Positions 1-36,940 of a stretch of 64,000 bases of DNA are shown one piece after another. How positions within the stretch are numbered: position 1 is the stretch's first letter; every line of letters begins with the position of its first letter. The stretch is from the human T2T-CHM13v2.0 reference genome, Homo sapiens. A model generated the notes under the pieces. The model saw only the letters and a list, made by a program, of their open reading frames with translations. It was not told where the DNA came from and did not search any database. Made by a program: the position numbers and the translations under genes. The stretch is taken from assembly GCF_009914755.1 (NCBI RefSeq), contig NC_060926.1; one strand, 5' to 3'.

Positions 1-953
1 AGGAGATTCCATGAAAGGCGGGTAGGCTGGTTGTCTTGAAAAGGCTCTCTCAGAGAGGTCTGCATGCAGACCAGATAACCCCACCTGAGAGAGTCTTTGG
101 GGGTACACACCACCAGAATCATTAGCAGCCAGCTAAAGTAATACCTCCTGAATCAATAAAAGGCACAATGGAAAGTCCCCAGTGAGGGAAGGCCCTAAAA
201 AACAAAGACTAAAGCAGTAAACTAGGAGGCAACATTGGGCATCTACCACACCCAAGAAACATCAAAGCCTAATGACCACTGCACCAGTTGAGTAAGACCT
301 TTCCTGTCCCTTATATAACCCCACTGTAAAGCTGCCTAGTGATTAGAAGAGGAGAGAGTAGCAGAGTAAAGAAGAAGCAAACATGTCTCCTGAGCCTCAA
401 TAGGTTCTAGAGCCAAATCAGAGCCTAACCAGGGTAAGGGGAAAAATTTTAGATTAAACAAGAGATTGCAGTTTCTATTTAGTTTAGACTAGACTTTTGG
501 GTACCTAAAAATAAAACTATTAATATCTAAAAGCGAGTGAAAAAAAGCTATGTGACATGACCAAGATATTATCCAGTAAAAGAAATAGGAACGCCAACAC
601 AGCCCTTTTAAAGGGCAATGGCGAGGAAGAATAAAGTTGTTTCTTGCTTTGTACTCTGTCAAGTCTAGCTTGAACTTTAGACTCTATCAAGTCTAACTGA
701 TCTATGATCCAGTTTCATAGATCAAAGCTTGGTAAAACCAGGTATGAAATAAAAAATAGATTCTGCGTCCGATTGAGGGTCTACTAATGAAATGTATGGA
801 TTTTCACAAGATAATATATAATACCTATTTTTTATTGTTCACAGACTTTTTAAACTTACTTCTCAACTCTCAGATATACTGTATTGTAAAGAAAATTAAT
901 TCTGAATAAGTGGCATGGTGCTAAAAACCCCTAAAGTTTGTATAGTGCTTTGA

Positions 954-1643
<690 letters not shown>

Positions 1644-1863
1644 AACATTCCTGTTTTTCAAGTAATAAAACTGAGTTTCAAGTAGATAAAGTAGCTTGCT
1701 CAAAGAACACAATGCAAGTGTATAGTAAAGATAACATTGAAACAAAGATATTGTGCCTCCTATCCAACATTTTATAACATTCTATCTTCTTCATGTTTTG
1801 TGATAAGTTAAATATATATACATTTACACACACATATGATGGCAGAAGATGAAAGATTTCTTA

Positions 1864-2211
<348 letters not shown>

Positions 2212-2759
2212 CTATACCTACTATAGATTAACAAGATTCACGACAATTCAATTAGAGTTTCAGGTAAAGACGGTAGACTGAACACACACATTCAATTTTA
2301 GTTCATTAAAATCATTAAAATAATGGTAAAGGGATTTCATAAGAATAAATTTAAAAGGAAATAACAAAATTCTGAAAGCCAGAAAATAGAGAGTAGAAAC
2401 TAGCATAGCAGACGCAGAGCCTTAAAAGTTTGATTCCTAAACTACCAATAAGGAAAACCAAGAAGAAGCTATCCAATTCACACCAAACAACACAGAAAGT
2501 CTCAGGAATTGCCAGCACCGGGAACCTCTGTAATGAGATGGGCTAAAACTAGAAATCATGGCTGAAAGGCTATTTAAAAAGCTATTCCTCACCCAGTCAG
2601 ATGATACCCCCTTCCAGGACCTAGAAAAAGCTGAGGCTTATTCTCTGAAAAAGATAAAACAAAAGGTGTCTACATGAAGACAACAGGCACAGTTGAGGGT
2701 AGAAATACCAAACTATTAATATGCCTTTTTTGAATTTCCAGAGAACTTTCTTCATATCA

Positions 2760-2910
2760 CTAGAATCACTCTACATGTAAGCTCCGTGATGCAAATCATT
2801 TTTGCAGGTTTCATTTTCTGCTGTATCCCCAGCACCTAGAACAATGCCCAGCACATATTAGATAATCAATTTTGTTGAATGAAGAGTAAATGAATAAACA
2901 AATGAATGAG
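2760..2910 (+). mobile_element. L2 3' end
   Basis: ctgtatccccagcacctagaacaatgcccagcacat...tgttgaatgaa...aatgaatga. Confidence 0.8.
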
Positions 2911-3711
2911 CTGGCTCCACACTTGTCTGCCTCTTTATCTCTCTTCCCAATTAGTCCTTTATCTCATTGAAAGGATTGGGTCTTACTAATCTTTGTATCT
3001 TAGTACCTAGGTCATAACAGTTTAATCTACAGTTAAAAACAGTCTATTTATTAAAATTTTCTGAAAATGTTATAGGAAAATACTGCTGTGAACATTATTT
3101 TATTAGAAGTTCTGCTTCTACCAATGATATCTTTGAGCTTTAATATGTCTTAAAAACTAGGTTTTATACAAACTTTTAAAAACAGAAAGCAATTGTCTAA
3201 AAAATAAGTATTTTAAGATTTAAGTAATTTTAATTGATTCTAAGCTATCAAACTTGAGATGGGCCTTTAAAGATCTAAGACTCTGAAAACATGACAGTGT
3301 GGCTCACATGGACTACTATTCCTGGCTATATCTTTCCCTCTCCTTAGATAAAATAAAACAACCTACATCCACAGGGGAATGAAGTCTGAATTTCAGTTAT
3401 GTATGTGATTCAGGAAGTCAAAGCCAACAAATTAACAAAGATCAGCTTCAGGCTGTTGAAACATTAGAGACCAGGCAGAGACAAACATAAAGCCTTTCCA
3501 GAGAATACACAGTAATCCCACAGTGGGGAAGAAATTAAGCTCACAATATTATCAATGTAAAAAGCTTACAATATTATAAATAAAAATTATCAGTCACACA
3601 AATCAAAGCACATCCATGAGCATGAGTTAGGATACCCAATAATCTGGAGAATTTATATACTTCAGAACTACAAACAACTGACTATAAAAGAGAGTATAAA
3701 ATATCTATGTC

Positions 3712-6100
<2,389 letters not shown>

Positions 6101-7187
6101 TGCAGGATTAAAGAATATATGCAGTATAATTCAATTCACATTTAAGTGCAGTGGATTACAAGGATGTGATCCAGCTGCCTATCTCAGTAAATATAAAAGA
6201 CATATTTTTATTTTCATAATTTCCTTAAGACACAAGTGAATATTTAAGGCAAAAATAGTAACAATGTATATGATAATAGCACAAAAGAAGAAAGGTGATG
6301 GTAAGGTTCATGCATTATATGTAGAGTAGTAAATTATTAATTCAAGGTAGACTCTAGCAAGCAGTGAATATTATAATCCTTAGAATAACAACTAAAACAA
6401 TAATACAAAGAAGTGTAGCCAAAAAGCCAAGATAGGAGAAAAGAGGGAATTCTTAAAAACTACTCAATTAACACAATATAAGATTGAAAAGAAGAAACTA
6501 AGGAACAAAGAACTGATGAAAATAATTGAGAAAAATATAGCAAAATGATAGGCTTAAGACCAAATATATCAATAATTTTGTTAAATAGTTATTATGTTAA
6601 TTATGTTTAGTCATAGCAAATGAACTAAACTCTTGCTTCTGGCATGAAACCAGATAAAATATATAAAATAACAGCCTTCAAGTCATTGGACATAAGGCAG
6701 TGAAGGATAGTGATCCTTGAAAGATGGGAGAAAAAGATCAAGGTGAACCCAACAATAGCCTCAGTTTACTGCCTGGAGAAAGTTTCCAAGCCAGAGTACA
6801 AAGATGGAGAAGCCAGTTAGAGTCTGAGTTCCTGAATTGAGGACACGGAGCTGGAAGTCTGGTGAGGTCAATGCATATAAAGATCATAGGGCAGAGTACC
6901 AGAAGAAAGAGAGCTGCCTAGGGTAAGAGCTTCAGAGATCTGTACAGCGTTCCCCACAGGTCATCAGCTGAGTACTGATTAGCACATACCGGTGAGGAAG
7001 CTACCTAAGGCCAGGGAAAGAACTATTCAGAAGGATTAGAGGGACTAATCCCTAGAGCTCAGAAATAGCTGAGAATAACTCTTCCACCAGAATGGCAAAC
7101 TTCATAATCCTCAGGTATGAGGTAGAATATTCAGAAGGGTTTTGCTTCCAACCAAACACTGCTCCAGTCCTGCCTAACAAAATTTGA

Positions 7188-7587
<400 letters not shown>

Positions 7588-8494
7588 TAAAATTCTTAAT
7601 GTCTTGCATCCAATCAAAAATTTAACTTGCAAAAAAGCAAGAAAATATTACCCATACTGAGAAAAAAATGTAATAAATCAAAATTGACATGATAGAATTT
7701 GTAGAAAAGGATATTAAAAGTTATTATAACTGTATTATTTCACACTTACGAGGGAGAGGAAAGATGGAATATGTTAAGTAGAGACATGAGCTATATAAGA
7801 GAAACTCAAATCAAAGTTACAGAGATGAAAACTACAATGTCTGAAATGAAAAATACACTGGATGGGATTAACTGCAGATTAGATACTGAAGATTAGTCAA
7901 TTTAAAAACAGCAATAGAAAATATCCAAAATAAAATGTAAAAGACTAAAACTTGGACAAAGAATAAATGAGCTGTAGGACAACTTCAGGCATATAACTGA
8001 CATCCCTGAATCGGTGAGTGGGGAGAAGGGAGGCTGGGGCAGAAACATATTTGAAAAATAATGGCTATGTATTTTCATATATGAGGAAAACCATAACCCA
8101 CAGATCCAAGAATCTCAATGGACTCCAAGCATAAGAAGCATGAAAATAAAACTATACTAACACTCACAATCAAAGTGCCAAAAAAAAAGTAAAAATGAGA
8201 AAATCTTAAAAGTAGTCATAGAGAAAAGACACATATGTACGGAAGTACAAAGATAAAGATGAAATAACATTTCTCGGCAAAAGTAATGCAAACCAGAAGA
8301 CAGTGAAACAAAATCCTTTAACTACAGAAAAAGTCTATCTAGCATTCTATACCTAGTAAAAATACCTTTCAAAAGCGAAGGTAAAATGTAGAATTTAAAA
8401 GCTGAATGAATTTGTCACCAGCAGATCTGCACTAAAAGATTAAAGGTAGTTTTAGCAGAAGTAAAATGATGCCAGATGGAAAAATATACATATG

Positions 8495-10431
<1,937 letters not shown>

Positions 10432-11964
10432 CAGATCTCTATGATCTTAAGTTAGGCAAAGATTTCATAGCTACAACACAAAAGGCAAAGCCATAAAAGA
10501 GAAAATTCATAAGTGGAACTTATCAAAATTAAAAACTTTTAACTTCAAAAGAAACCAGTGAAACACTTTTTTTTTTAAATTAAAAAGAGTGAAAAGACAA
10601 CCCACAGTTGGGAAAAAAATATTTGCAAATCAAGTATCAAATAGGGTTTTAATTCAGACTATATAAGGAACTCTTAAAACTCAATAATAAAAACACAAAA
10701 AACACAATTTACAAATGAGCAAAGGACAGACATTTCTCCAAAGAAGACATACAAATGGCCAAGAGACAAGTGAAAAGATGCCTAACATTACTAGTCATTA
10801 TGGACATGTAAATAAAAACCACAATGAGATACCACTTCACACTTATTAGAAAGTCTATAATCAAAAGATAGATAAAAACACACCCTGTTCATAAGGAACC
10901 CTTATACATTACTAGCAGGAATGGAAAACGGTGCAACCAAACAGATTAGCAATTCCTCAAAGTGTTAATACAGAGCTACCATATAATTTAGCTTGGCAAT
11001 TTCACTCCTAAGTCTCTACCTAAAAGAAATAAAAATATGTAACCACACAAAAACTTGTATACAAATGTTCATAGCAGCATTATTCATAATAGCCAAAAAG
11101 TGGGAAAAGCCCAATGACCATCAACTGATGAATGTATAGACAAAATGCAGTACATTCATACAATGGAATACTATTTAGCCATATAAAGAAATGATACATG
11201 CTACAGCATGAACAAACCTCAAAAACATTATGCTAAGTGAAAGAAACCTGTAACAAAAAGACCACATAGTGTATGATCCCATTCACACAAAAGGACCAAA
11301 GCAGGTAAATCTATACTGACAGCAAATAGATGAGTGGTTGCCTGCAGTTTGGAGAGGAAGAAGAGGCCAGGGAATGAGGAGTTAATGGGTACAAAGTTTA
11401 TTTTTGTAATGATGAAAATGTTCTAAAATTAGGTTATGGTAATGGTTTCCCAACTCTGTATTACAGTAAAATCATTAAATTTTGTGGAGTTTTTCCCACA
11501 AAGGCAACATATTCATTATACTAATAGAAAAGAACAAAACTAACATAATCCTCTCAATAAATGTAAAAAAAAAGTATTTGACAAATCTAATATCCATTTC
11601 TGATCAAAGTTCTCAGCAACCATGAATACAAGAGAATTTCTTCAACCTCATAAATGGCATATATGAAAAACCTATAGCTAATAATTAATAATGAAAAACT
11701 AAATGCTTTATCCCTAAGATCATGAACAAGGCAGAAATATCTCCTTTTATCACTTCTATTCAAAACTGTATTGGAGAATTTAGCCAGTACAATAAAGCAA
11801 GAAAAAAAAAAAGTCACCCAGATTTGAAAAAAAGTAAAACTGTCTTTATTAGCTGATGACATGATCACTTACACAGAACATCCTAAGAAAGCCACAGAAG
11901 TACTAGAACTAACAAAGATTTAGCGAAGTCACAGGATACAAGACCAATATACAAAAGTCAACTG

Positions 11965-12590
<626 letters not shown>

Positions 12591-12680
12591 TATCTGATGA
12601 AAGAAATTAAAGAAGACACAAATAAATGGAGAGATATGCCATGCTATGAACTGGAAGAATTAATATTGTTAAAATATCCA

Positions 12681-22233
<9,553 letters not shown>

Positions 22234-22640
22234 ATTGTTAAAATGGCCATACTGCCCAAAGCAGGGAAATCTACAAAGCAGGGAACTACAAAATCACAAT
22301 GAGATACCATCTTACACCAATCAGAATGGCTATTAATAAAAAGTCAAAAGGCAACAGATGTTGGAGAGGATGTGGAGAAAAGGGAACGCTTTTACATTTT
22401 TGGTGGGAATGTAAATTAGTACAATCTCTATGGAATACACTATGGAAATTTCTCAAAGAGCTAAAAATAGAACTACCATTCAATCCAGCAATCCCGCTAC
22501 TGGGTATCTACCCAAAGGAAAATAAACTATTATATGAAAAAGACACCTGCATTCATTATGTTTATCACAGCACTATTCACAATAGCAAAGTCAGAGAATC
22601 AACCTAAGTGTCCATCAAGGGATGATTGGATAAAGAAAAT

Positions 22641-22671
<31 letters not shown>

Positions 22672-22740
22672 CACACACACACCACAGAATACTACTCAGC
22701 CATAAAATAAAACTGAACGCCATTATCCTAAGTAAAATAA
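22234..22740 (+). mobile_element. L1 ORF2 3' fragment (L1PB-like) with (CA)n at 22641-22683
   Basis: ORF 22299-22607 [46 protein letters not shown]. Confidence 0.85.
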
Positions 22741-22853
22741 ATTAGGGCGAGAGAACTAGGAAGTAGCAGGAAGAGAGGGATACTGAGGGGCATGAGGGAA
22801 CTTTTGAGTGATAATCTCATGGGTGTATGCATATGTCAAAACTTACCAAATTG

Positions 22854-24410
<1,557 letters not shown>

Positions 24411-25395
24411 TCAGAAGCCTATGTTGTTCTGCCAGGCAACAGGTTCCCAATCGAAGATTAGCACAAGAAGGAAAGATAATAGTTAAGATAACTTAAGCCT
24501 CTACTCCTCTTCCTATGGCAAAAGGTCTTCAAATCAGTCCTTACCTCACAATTAATAAAACTATGATAAACAGAAGTTACACAGTGTTGCAAATGAATGT
24601 GGAGCCCCAGGCGGAAAACCCACTAAAGTAATATTAAGCAAAATACATAAAACTTTCAATCTCAACAAGGGTTTTTCTCTCATATCAAACTGTCAGACTT
24701 AGAGAAGCATTACAGTGTAAGGAAATAACATGAGCTTTTGTGCTCTGCCCAAAATTATATTTACCCCCTTCTTTTTACCATACCAACAATCCAATTAACA
24801 GTTGAAAACTGTTTAACATATAAAGACCAGGAATATTACATATGTTCATTACAGATAAGCGTCATAGCCTATGAATTAACCTCTTAAAGAATATAGTCTT
24901 ACTATGTATTAAAAATGTTTAAAAATGCTCCTGCATGTTAAACACCAGGGGAGCAACTGTGAGGGGAAAAAAGGAGGGAAAAGGAATTGAAGATAGCAGG
25001 AATGATACACAGTAGGATGTCAACTGTAACAAACTTCTACAAAAAGAGCTGAAGTAAATACGGCAAAATGTTAATTTCTTGCTAAGTTGGTACACAGAAT
25101 AACATTTTGTTAATGTTATTGTCTGTATTTTTATGTATACTTGAAATATTTGATGAAAGTAATATTTGATAAAAAGTAAACAAAGTAAAAAAGAATATAG
25201 TCTTAAATCTCTTTAATCTTATATACTATGTATAATAACTTAAGTATTAGGGAGAAATATGCCTCCTTAATAAGTCAGGGGATAGAAGTAATGAGAAAGA
25301 AAGGACTGAATTGGCTAGAATAATCTGAATCAGGAAGACATTCTCAAAAACATTTTGTAACATCAGGTTGATAGCTAGGAAATGTAAGAAAAATA

Positions 25396-25731
25396 CAGGC
25401 TGGGTTTCCCTTATCCTAAATGCGTGGGACCAGAAGTGTTTTGGATTTCAGATTTTTTCATATTTTGGAATATATGCATGTACATAATGAGATATCTTGG
25501 GGATGGGATCCAAGTCTAAACACAAAATTTATATTTCATATATACCATATACACATAGCCTGAAGGCAATTTTATATAATATTTCTAATAATTTTGTGCA
25601 TGAAACAAAATTTGTGTACATATTGATCTATCACAAAACAGAGGTATCACTATCTCATGTCAGTGCTCAAAATTTTTCGGATTTTGGAGCATTTCAGATT
25701 TCAAATTTTTGGATTAGGAATGCTTAACCTG
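25396..25731. mobile_element. TcMar-Tigger MITE (MER46/Tigger4-like)
   Basis: TA|caggctgggtttccc ... ggaatgcttaacctg|TA terminal inverted repeats with TA target duplication. Confidence 0.8.
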
Positions 25732-25858
25732 TATAAATAAAACATATCAACATTATAATCCTCTTATCTCCTCTGAAAAATCTCCTAGATTCCCAATCTG
25801 GTATGTTATTCACAAAGAATCTATGAAAAAATATAATTCTGAAAAATTAAAGCTTTTA

Positions 25859-26394
<536 letters not shown>

Positions 26395-26621
26395 TGAGCC
26401 ACCGTGCCCGGCCTCCTCTTTATTTTGATGTACATTTTCAGGCATTCTGTCTTTGGCTCACCAAGTCTATTCTTTACTAATTATCTGTTAGCTGTTGAAG
26501 GAAGAAACCCATAGCGTAACAGACAACCAGCTGAAGTATGATCTTGCTTTATTTAAACTCAGCCTAAGAAAACCCCATTCTAACTAGCTAGCGAAAAAAA
26601 TGTCTTCCATTATTGGTACTA

Positions 26622-26792
<171 letters not shown>

Positions 26793-26860
26793 CTAAAATC
26801 AAATGGTGGAATATTAGAATAAACACAAATAAAACTCCAAACTTTAAAAACATATAATCA

Positions 26861-27127
<267 letters not shown>

Positions 27128-27384
27128 TCAAAGAGCAAGTCTTAGAAAGACAGTTCACTATGTTAAGAAACAATTTAGAAATGATAGTATGTACTTATAG
27201 CTTACTGAACATAAGTAAAATTAGCATAAACTTGTGAATGGCTAGCAGGTTATTTATTTATTTATTTATTCATTTATTTAATACAGACAGGGTCTTGTTA
27301 TGTTGCCCAGGCTAGTCTTAAAACTCCTGGGCTCAAGCAATCTGCCCACTTCAGCCTCCCAAAGTGCTGGGATTACAGGCGTGA

Positions 27385-27564
<180 letters not shown>

Positions 27565-28523
27565 TAGCTGGGACTATAGGCGCCTGCCACCATGCCCGGC
27601 TAATTTTTGTATTTTTAGTAGAGATGGGGTTTCACCATGTTGGCCAGGCTGGTCTTGAACTCCTGACCTCAAGTGATTCGCTCGCCTCGGCCTCTCAAAG
27701 TGCTGGGATTACAGGTGTGAGCCACCACACCCAGCCTCAGGCTAGCAGTTTTAAACATTATCAATGAAGACTCGGTGAAGACTGAGAACACATAAACCTT
27801 AGCATCTGAAAAAAAATTTTTTAGTGATTTCATTAACACACCCTGAAGACCCGTAAATATCACTGTTACTCAGTAACGCCACGAGCTTCTGCCTAACAAT
27901 TCAGGATTTGTCAACAGATTTCTCTCTAAACAAATCTCTCATTACCCTATTATAGCTAACCCCAGAGTAATCAGTTTATTATTCTCAACACAAAATATAA
28001 ATGCCTGCCAAATCTTCAGTCCTCTCTCTCACTCTCCCGTCTACTTATTATTCATAACTCTCTCTCTTTCTCTTCAAATGCCTTTAAAAAATATGTAGAT
28101 ATATATATAGAGAGAGAGAGAGAGGCTCTCACAGGGTCTGCCCAGGCTGGTCTCAAACTCCTGGACTCAAGAGATCCTCTCACTTCAGCATTCCAAAGTG
28201 CTAGTATTACAGGCATGAGCCACTGTGCCCAGCCCTAAATAATCCTCCTTTCTCATCTGGGCCAATTGTTGACTTTAGTACATATCACAAAATACTCCTC
28301 CCCCAGAAACTTACCTGCATTGATTCTACTTGATTTTAACCAGTCCCTTACCCAGAATTTTCTCAGCACTTAGTCCCAATTTGTCAGTTATACTGTACTT
28401 ATTAATATGTATCTTATTTGTCATTTGCTAGTCACAATTTTATATTTGAAAGTGAATCTAGGCCAGGTGCAGTGGCTCACGCCTGTAATCCCAGCACTTT
28501 GGGAGGCCGAGATGGGCAGATCA

Positions 28524-28733
<210 letters not shown>

Positions 28734-29192
28734 CTATGTCTCCAAAAAAAAAAAAAAAAAAAAGAAAGTGAATCTAGTCCCTACTTTTATGAAACACAAG
28801 ATGATTATTCAACCTCATTTGAAATCCTTTAGTATAGAGTAGCTCATTACTTCAACACACAGCTTCTTCCACCAAGACCAAATCTGGCTTCCTAAAATTT
28901 CTACCTATTAATCCTGCCTCAGAATAAACACTAGCCAAAATCTTTAAAAGTTTGGAATACCATTATCTTTTCTCAAAGTCTTTCTTTTTTCCAGGATGAA
29001 TATCTGTAATTCCTCTATCCACTCATCGTAAAAACCTCTCCATATCCTAGATGAATTCCAGGATATACTACAATTTCTTAAAATGTGGTAACAGTATTAT
29101 GCTGAAGATGTGGAAGCAGTGAATGCTGACATCAACATGAATCAACAATATCCACCAAAACTTAATACACTACAGTTTTCCTTATATTATAC

Positions 29193-29695
29193 CAGTCGTT
29201 CTCAAACTTTAGAGTGCATCAAAAAAACCTGAAGCGGCTGGGCACAGTGGCTCATGCCTTTAATCCCAGCACTCTGGGAGGCTGAGGCGGGTGGATCGCT
29301 TGAGCCCAGGAGTTTGAGACCAGCGTGGACAACATGATGAAACCTCATCTCCACTAAAAACACAAAAATTATCTGGGCACAGTGGCACGCGCCTGTAATC
29401 CCAGCTACTTGGGAGGCCAAGGCACGAGAATCGCTTAAACCCTGGAGAGGGAGGTTGCTGTGGGCCGAGATCACACCACTGCACACCCAGCCTGGGTGAC
29501 GGAGAGAGACTAGGTCTCAAAAAAGAAAAGAAAAGAAAAACCTGAAGGTCTTGTTAAGACACTGCTGAACTCCACCCACTGAGTTTCTGACACAGTTAAG
29601 TCTCTGATCTGATGGGAATCAGGAATTTGCATTTCTAAGAGGTCTTTAGGTGATGCTGATGTTGATACAGGAAACCATACTTCAGGAGCCACTGC
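29193..29695. mobile_element. MER5A-like hAT relic split by an Alu (29236-29540)
   Basis: cagtcgttctcaaacttt..gcatca ... aatttgcatttctaa..ggtgatgctgatg..ccactg; Alu TSD aaaaacctgaag. Confidence 0.75.
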
Positions 29696-29839
29696 ATTAC
29701 ACTTTATATAACCCAGCTGACTGAAACTCAATCTTTTAGAGTTCGTTTTTCCATTCCCTTGAATCTACCTAGAGTCCTGACTAAAATTATGTGTACAACA
29801 CACACACATGTGCAAGATGCACATACATCAGCACATTTA

Positions 29840-30127
<288 letters not shown>

Positions 30128-30354
30128 TCATTACTTTATTTTGAACCATTATGGACTAGGTGAAATGCCCTGAAAAAGTTATCTAGCCTCACAAATGAGG
30201 AAGAATTTTCTTTCTGAGCATCAATAAAATCTCATACTATGATTCTGAACCCTATTGGAAATTCGTTAAGTGCTAATCACAATAATATGGCCACAAACTA
30301 TTCTCTTTAGTAGAAAATTACTTTTGTAATTTAAAAAATATTTTGGTAAGTAAT

Positions 30355-30795
30355 TATATTAGTTTCCTGTGGCAACTGTAATAAATTACCACTAACCTGG
30401 TGACTACAAACAACAGAAATTTATTCTCTTACAATTCTGGAAGCCAGAAATTCAAAATCAGTATCACCGGACCAAAATCAAAGTGTTGGCAGAGCCGTGC
30501 TTCCTTCAGAATCTGTTCCTTGCCTTTTCCAGCCTTGGGGCTGCAGGCATTCTGACTTCATCACTTCAGTCTCTGCCTCTATGGTCATACTGCCTTCTCC
30601 TCTGCCTATGGCAAAGCTCCTGTTTCCCTCTTATTAGGACATTTATGATCATATTTAGGGCTTACTTTTATAACCTCCCTATCTCAAAATCTTTAATCAC
30701 ATCTGCAAAGACCCTTTTTCCAAATACGGTTAACATTTAGGGGTTCTAGAGACTAGGACCTGATGTCTTTGAAAAACTTTATTGAGCCTACTACA
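30355..30795 (-). mobile_element. MaLR solo LTR (MLT1-like)
   Basis: tattagtttcctgtggc..ataaattaccac..aacaacagaaatttattctcttaca ... gcctactaca. Confidence 0.8.
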
Positions 30796-30971
30796 GTAAT
30801 TTTGATCCTAGAGCTAGAGGAAGGACAGCACTTCCCTGAGATAAAACTAAGTTTATCCAGAAATGAAAATTTTAAAGACCAAAAGGTAGTATAAACTTCT
30901 CTTAAGCATTATTTGAAGTTTTCTTCCTAGTTATGTTGGCCCAAGGGAGAAATAACATATTAAAATACACA

Positions 30972-31423
30972 CAGAAAAATTATTTTTGACACTTGTTAAA
31001 GCATAGTAAGGAAGACTTTTTTCAAGAGGGGCCATGCCAATAGCTATAGGAACCACTACAATGGAGAATGATTGGACTCAATCTGAATATGACATGGGCA
31101 AGTGGGAAGTGGTAGCTAAGGAGCAGGGTGGGGTCAGTGGATGACAAATTACTAAAAGAAAACATCAGATGTGAGGAGAGATTCTGGATAAATTGACCTA
31201 AGAGGATTCTAGTTGAAGGCAGGTCACAGTAACTAGGCATCACCTGGAGGATGGTTGGGGGATCACATGTCATGGATGGGGGGTTCTGGCTAAACTTGCT
31301 TCACAGGATTCTTGCTAAAACTGAATGGTGCAGAGATGAATGTGGAAGTCCAAAAGTCAGGCCTAGTTGAAAAGGGTTCAGGAGAGCCTGAGTAAAATTT
31401 GATCAGGAAGAGAATTTTTGTCA
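30972..31423 (-). mobile_element. ERV solo LTR (MER31-like)
   Basis: Reverse complement begins tgacaaaaattctcttcctgatcaaattttactcaggctc. Confidence 0.6.
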
Positions 31424-31431
31424 ATACATAA

Positions 31432-34922
<3,491 letters not shown>

Positions 34923-35039
34923 TCATTTAAATAAAATTGAAATTCAATAAGACTAAGAACCACCAGCTAGAGTTACACTGGCTAGTTATTATAATCAAGC
35001 AACAACTACCATCTTTTGGGCTAGTTACTAAAATACTTA

Positions 35040-35276
<237 letters not shown>

Positions 35277-36584
35277 CTATGGATTGAAATTCTTGCAAAT
35301 AACATTATAGATTATTTTAAAAATGAAACATGATTAGCAATTAGAAATCTAAACTCTACAGCAAGCTCAAACATAATTGGACACTAAAGGCAATATTTAC
35401 TAAACATGTGCTCTTTGTGGAACATTACAGTAGATAATGTGGAGTTTAAATATGAGAGAAAAAAAGGCCATTTTTGTTCTACTTGGTATGAACACATGCA
35501 TTATATGATTTCAGTTAAAACTAATGCTAGTTCTAATTTTCCCAGTTCTGAATCTTTTAAATAGAATTCTGTATCTTCTCTTACTCGCTCCAAATCTAGT
35601 CTCTAACTTCATTTAAACCTTAAAATCCTGGATTCTCTTCACCTCCTTATTTTTCTAACCCATCAGCTCCTATTGGCTCATCAATATTCTCAATATCTAA
35701 TTGCATTTCTATTCCCAGTCATGTGCAACTGTAAAAAACCCCTCATCACTATACATTCATGGCTTCAAATGGTGTTTAGGCATAGAAAATCTCTGGAAGG
35801 ATAACAGAAGAAAACAGAAACGGTGGGTGCCTGCAGAGAAGGACAGGAGAAGTAGAATCTGAGATGAGAAGGTCCAGACTTTCCATTGTACAATCTCCTT
35901 TACTGGTTTATTTATTCATTTATTTTTTGTTAATCTTATATATGCATTACCCATGCAAAAATAAACATTTTTAAATAAGTCAAAAAATAAAAATAGAAAA
36001 GTTATAAATAATGTATGGTTTCTAAATTCTGCACATGAGGATTTCAGAGGGATTGAAGAATACAGAGAATAGACAGGCTCAATTCCTAATTTTCTCAGAA
36101 AGCTGCAATTATGCTTTCTATTCCTGCTACATCTCTAGCCTCTGGTATCCCCCACTGGCTTTCTTTACCTAGGCAATATCTAGAAAAAATTATCTAGGAA
36201 GGCATCTGGTCTATGAGCAAATGATATAAGGAGATTATTGATCTCCTGGCAAGTGCCAGGAGAGGATATTTGAGTGGGTGATACTTGTGGTCTTTTAGAC
36301 ATGACCTTACTACCTATCCACCCAAATCAAGAATCCTTAATAAAATAGAGGTCATCAATCTGCGGCTTTCCAAATTAAGTACCCTGTTGCTCCTGGCCAT
36401 CTACTTCATGAACTCCTCTGATATGCTCCAACAATCCAAGACAACTCAGGTATATTAATGAGTAGGTAATAAATATGTAGTGGTATCATGATCAGCTCCC
36501 AAGTCTGTTTGTTAGAAAAAACAGATTTCAGAAGAGCACTCATGGGAACCTTTAAGAATGCACAGAAAATACACTAAAGTAGAA

Positions 36585-36940
36585 ATATGCAAACTGGCAT
36601 ATCACAGGTTGAATTCAGCTGGCAATTTTGCTTAACCAACAAAATATTTTAAAATTTAGGGAATTTTAACCCAAAATCACATTTTCAGCTTCTCTTACAA
36701 ACTCTGAAAAATCTACCTACATGGAATCCCTATTCCTTAATGGCAATAATAGCTGGAGCTTTCGATTACAATCTCCTTTACTGGTTTATTTATTCATGGT
36801 TTTATTTATTTATTTATTTATTGTGGTTTTTCATTTTACCACAATCCCCACCATTCCTTATTCTCTTATAGTCAGCCCACTTAACTCTTTTATATTACCT
36901 TGGTGGCCTCTGCAGGCATTTAAGTTTGAGACCCCAGCAT
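36585..36940. mobile_element. hAT-Charlie relic (MER102-like)
   Basis: Ends ggcatttaagtttgagaccccag; internal ggcaataatagctggagct. Confidence 0.55.

Noticed and set aside
653-695. 15-bp imperfect direct repeat actct(g/a)tcaagtcta; also the 11-bp gtgacatatct tandem at ~47688
   Set aside because: Short local duplications with no array structure or other evidence of function; not CRISPR-like.
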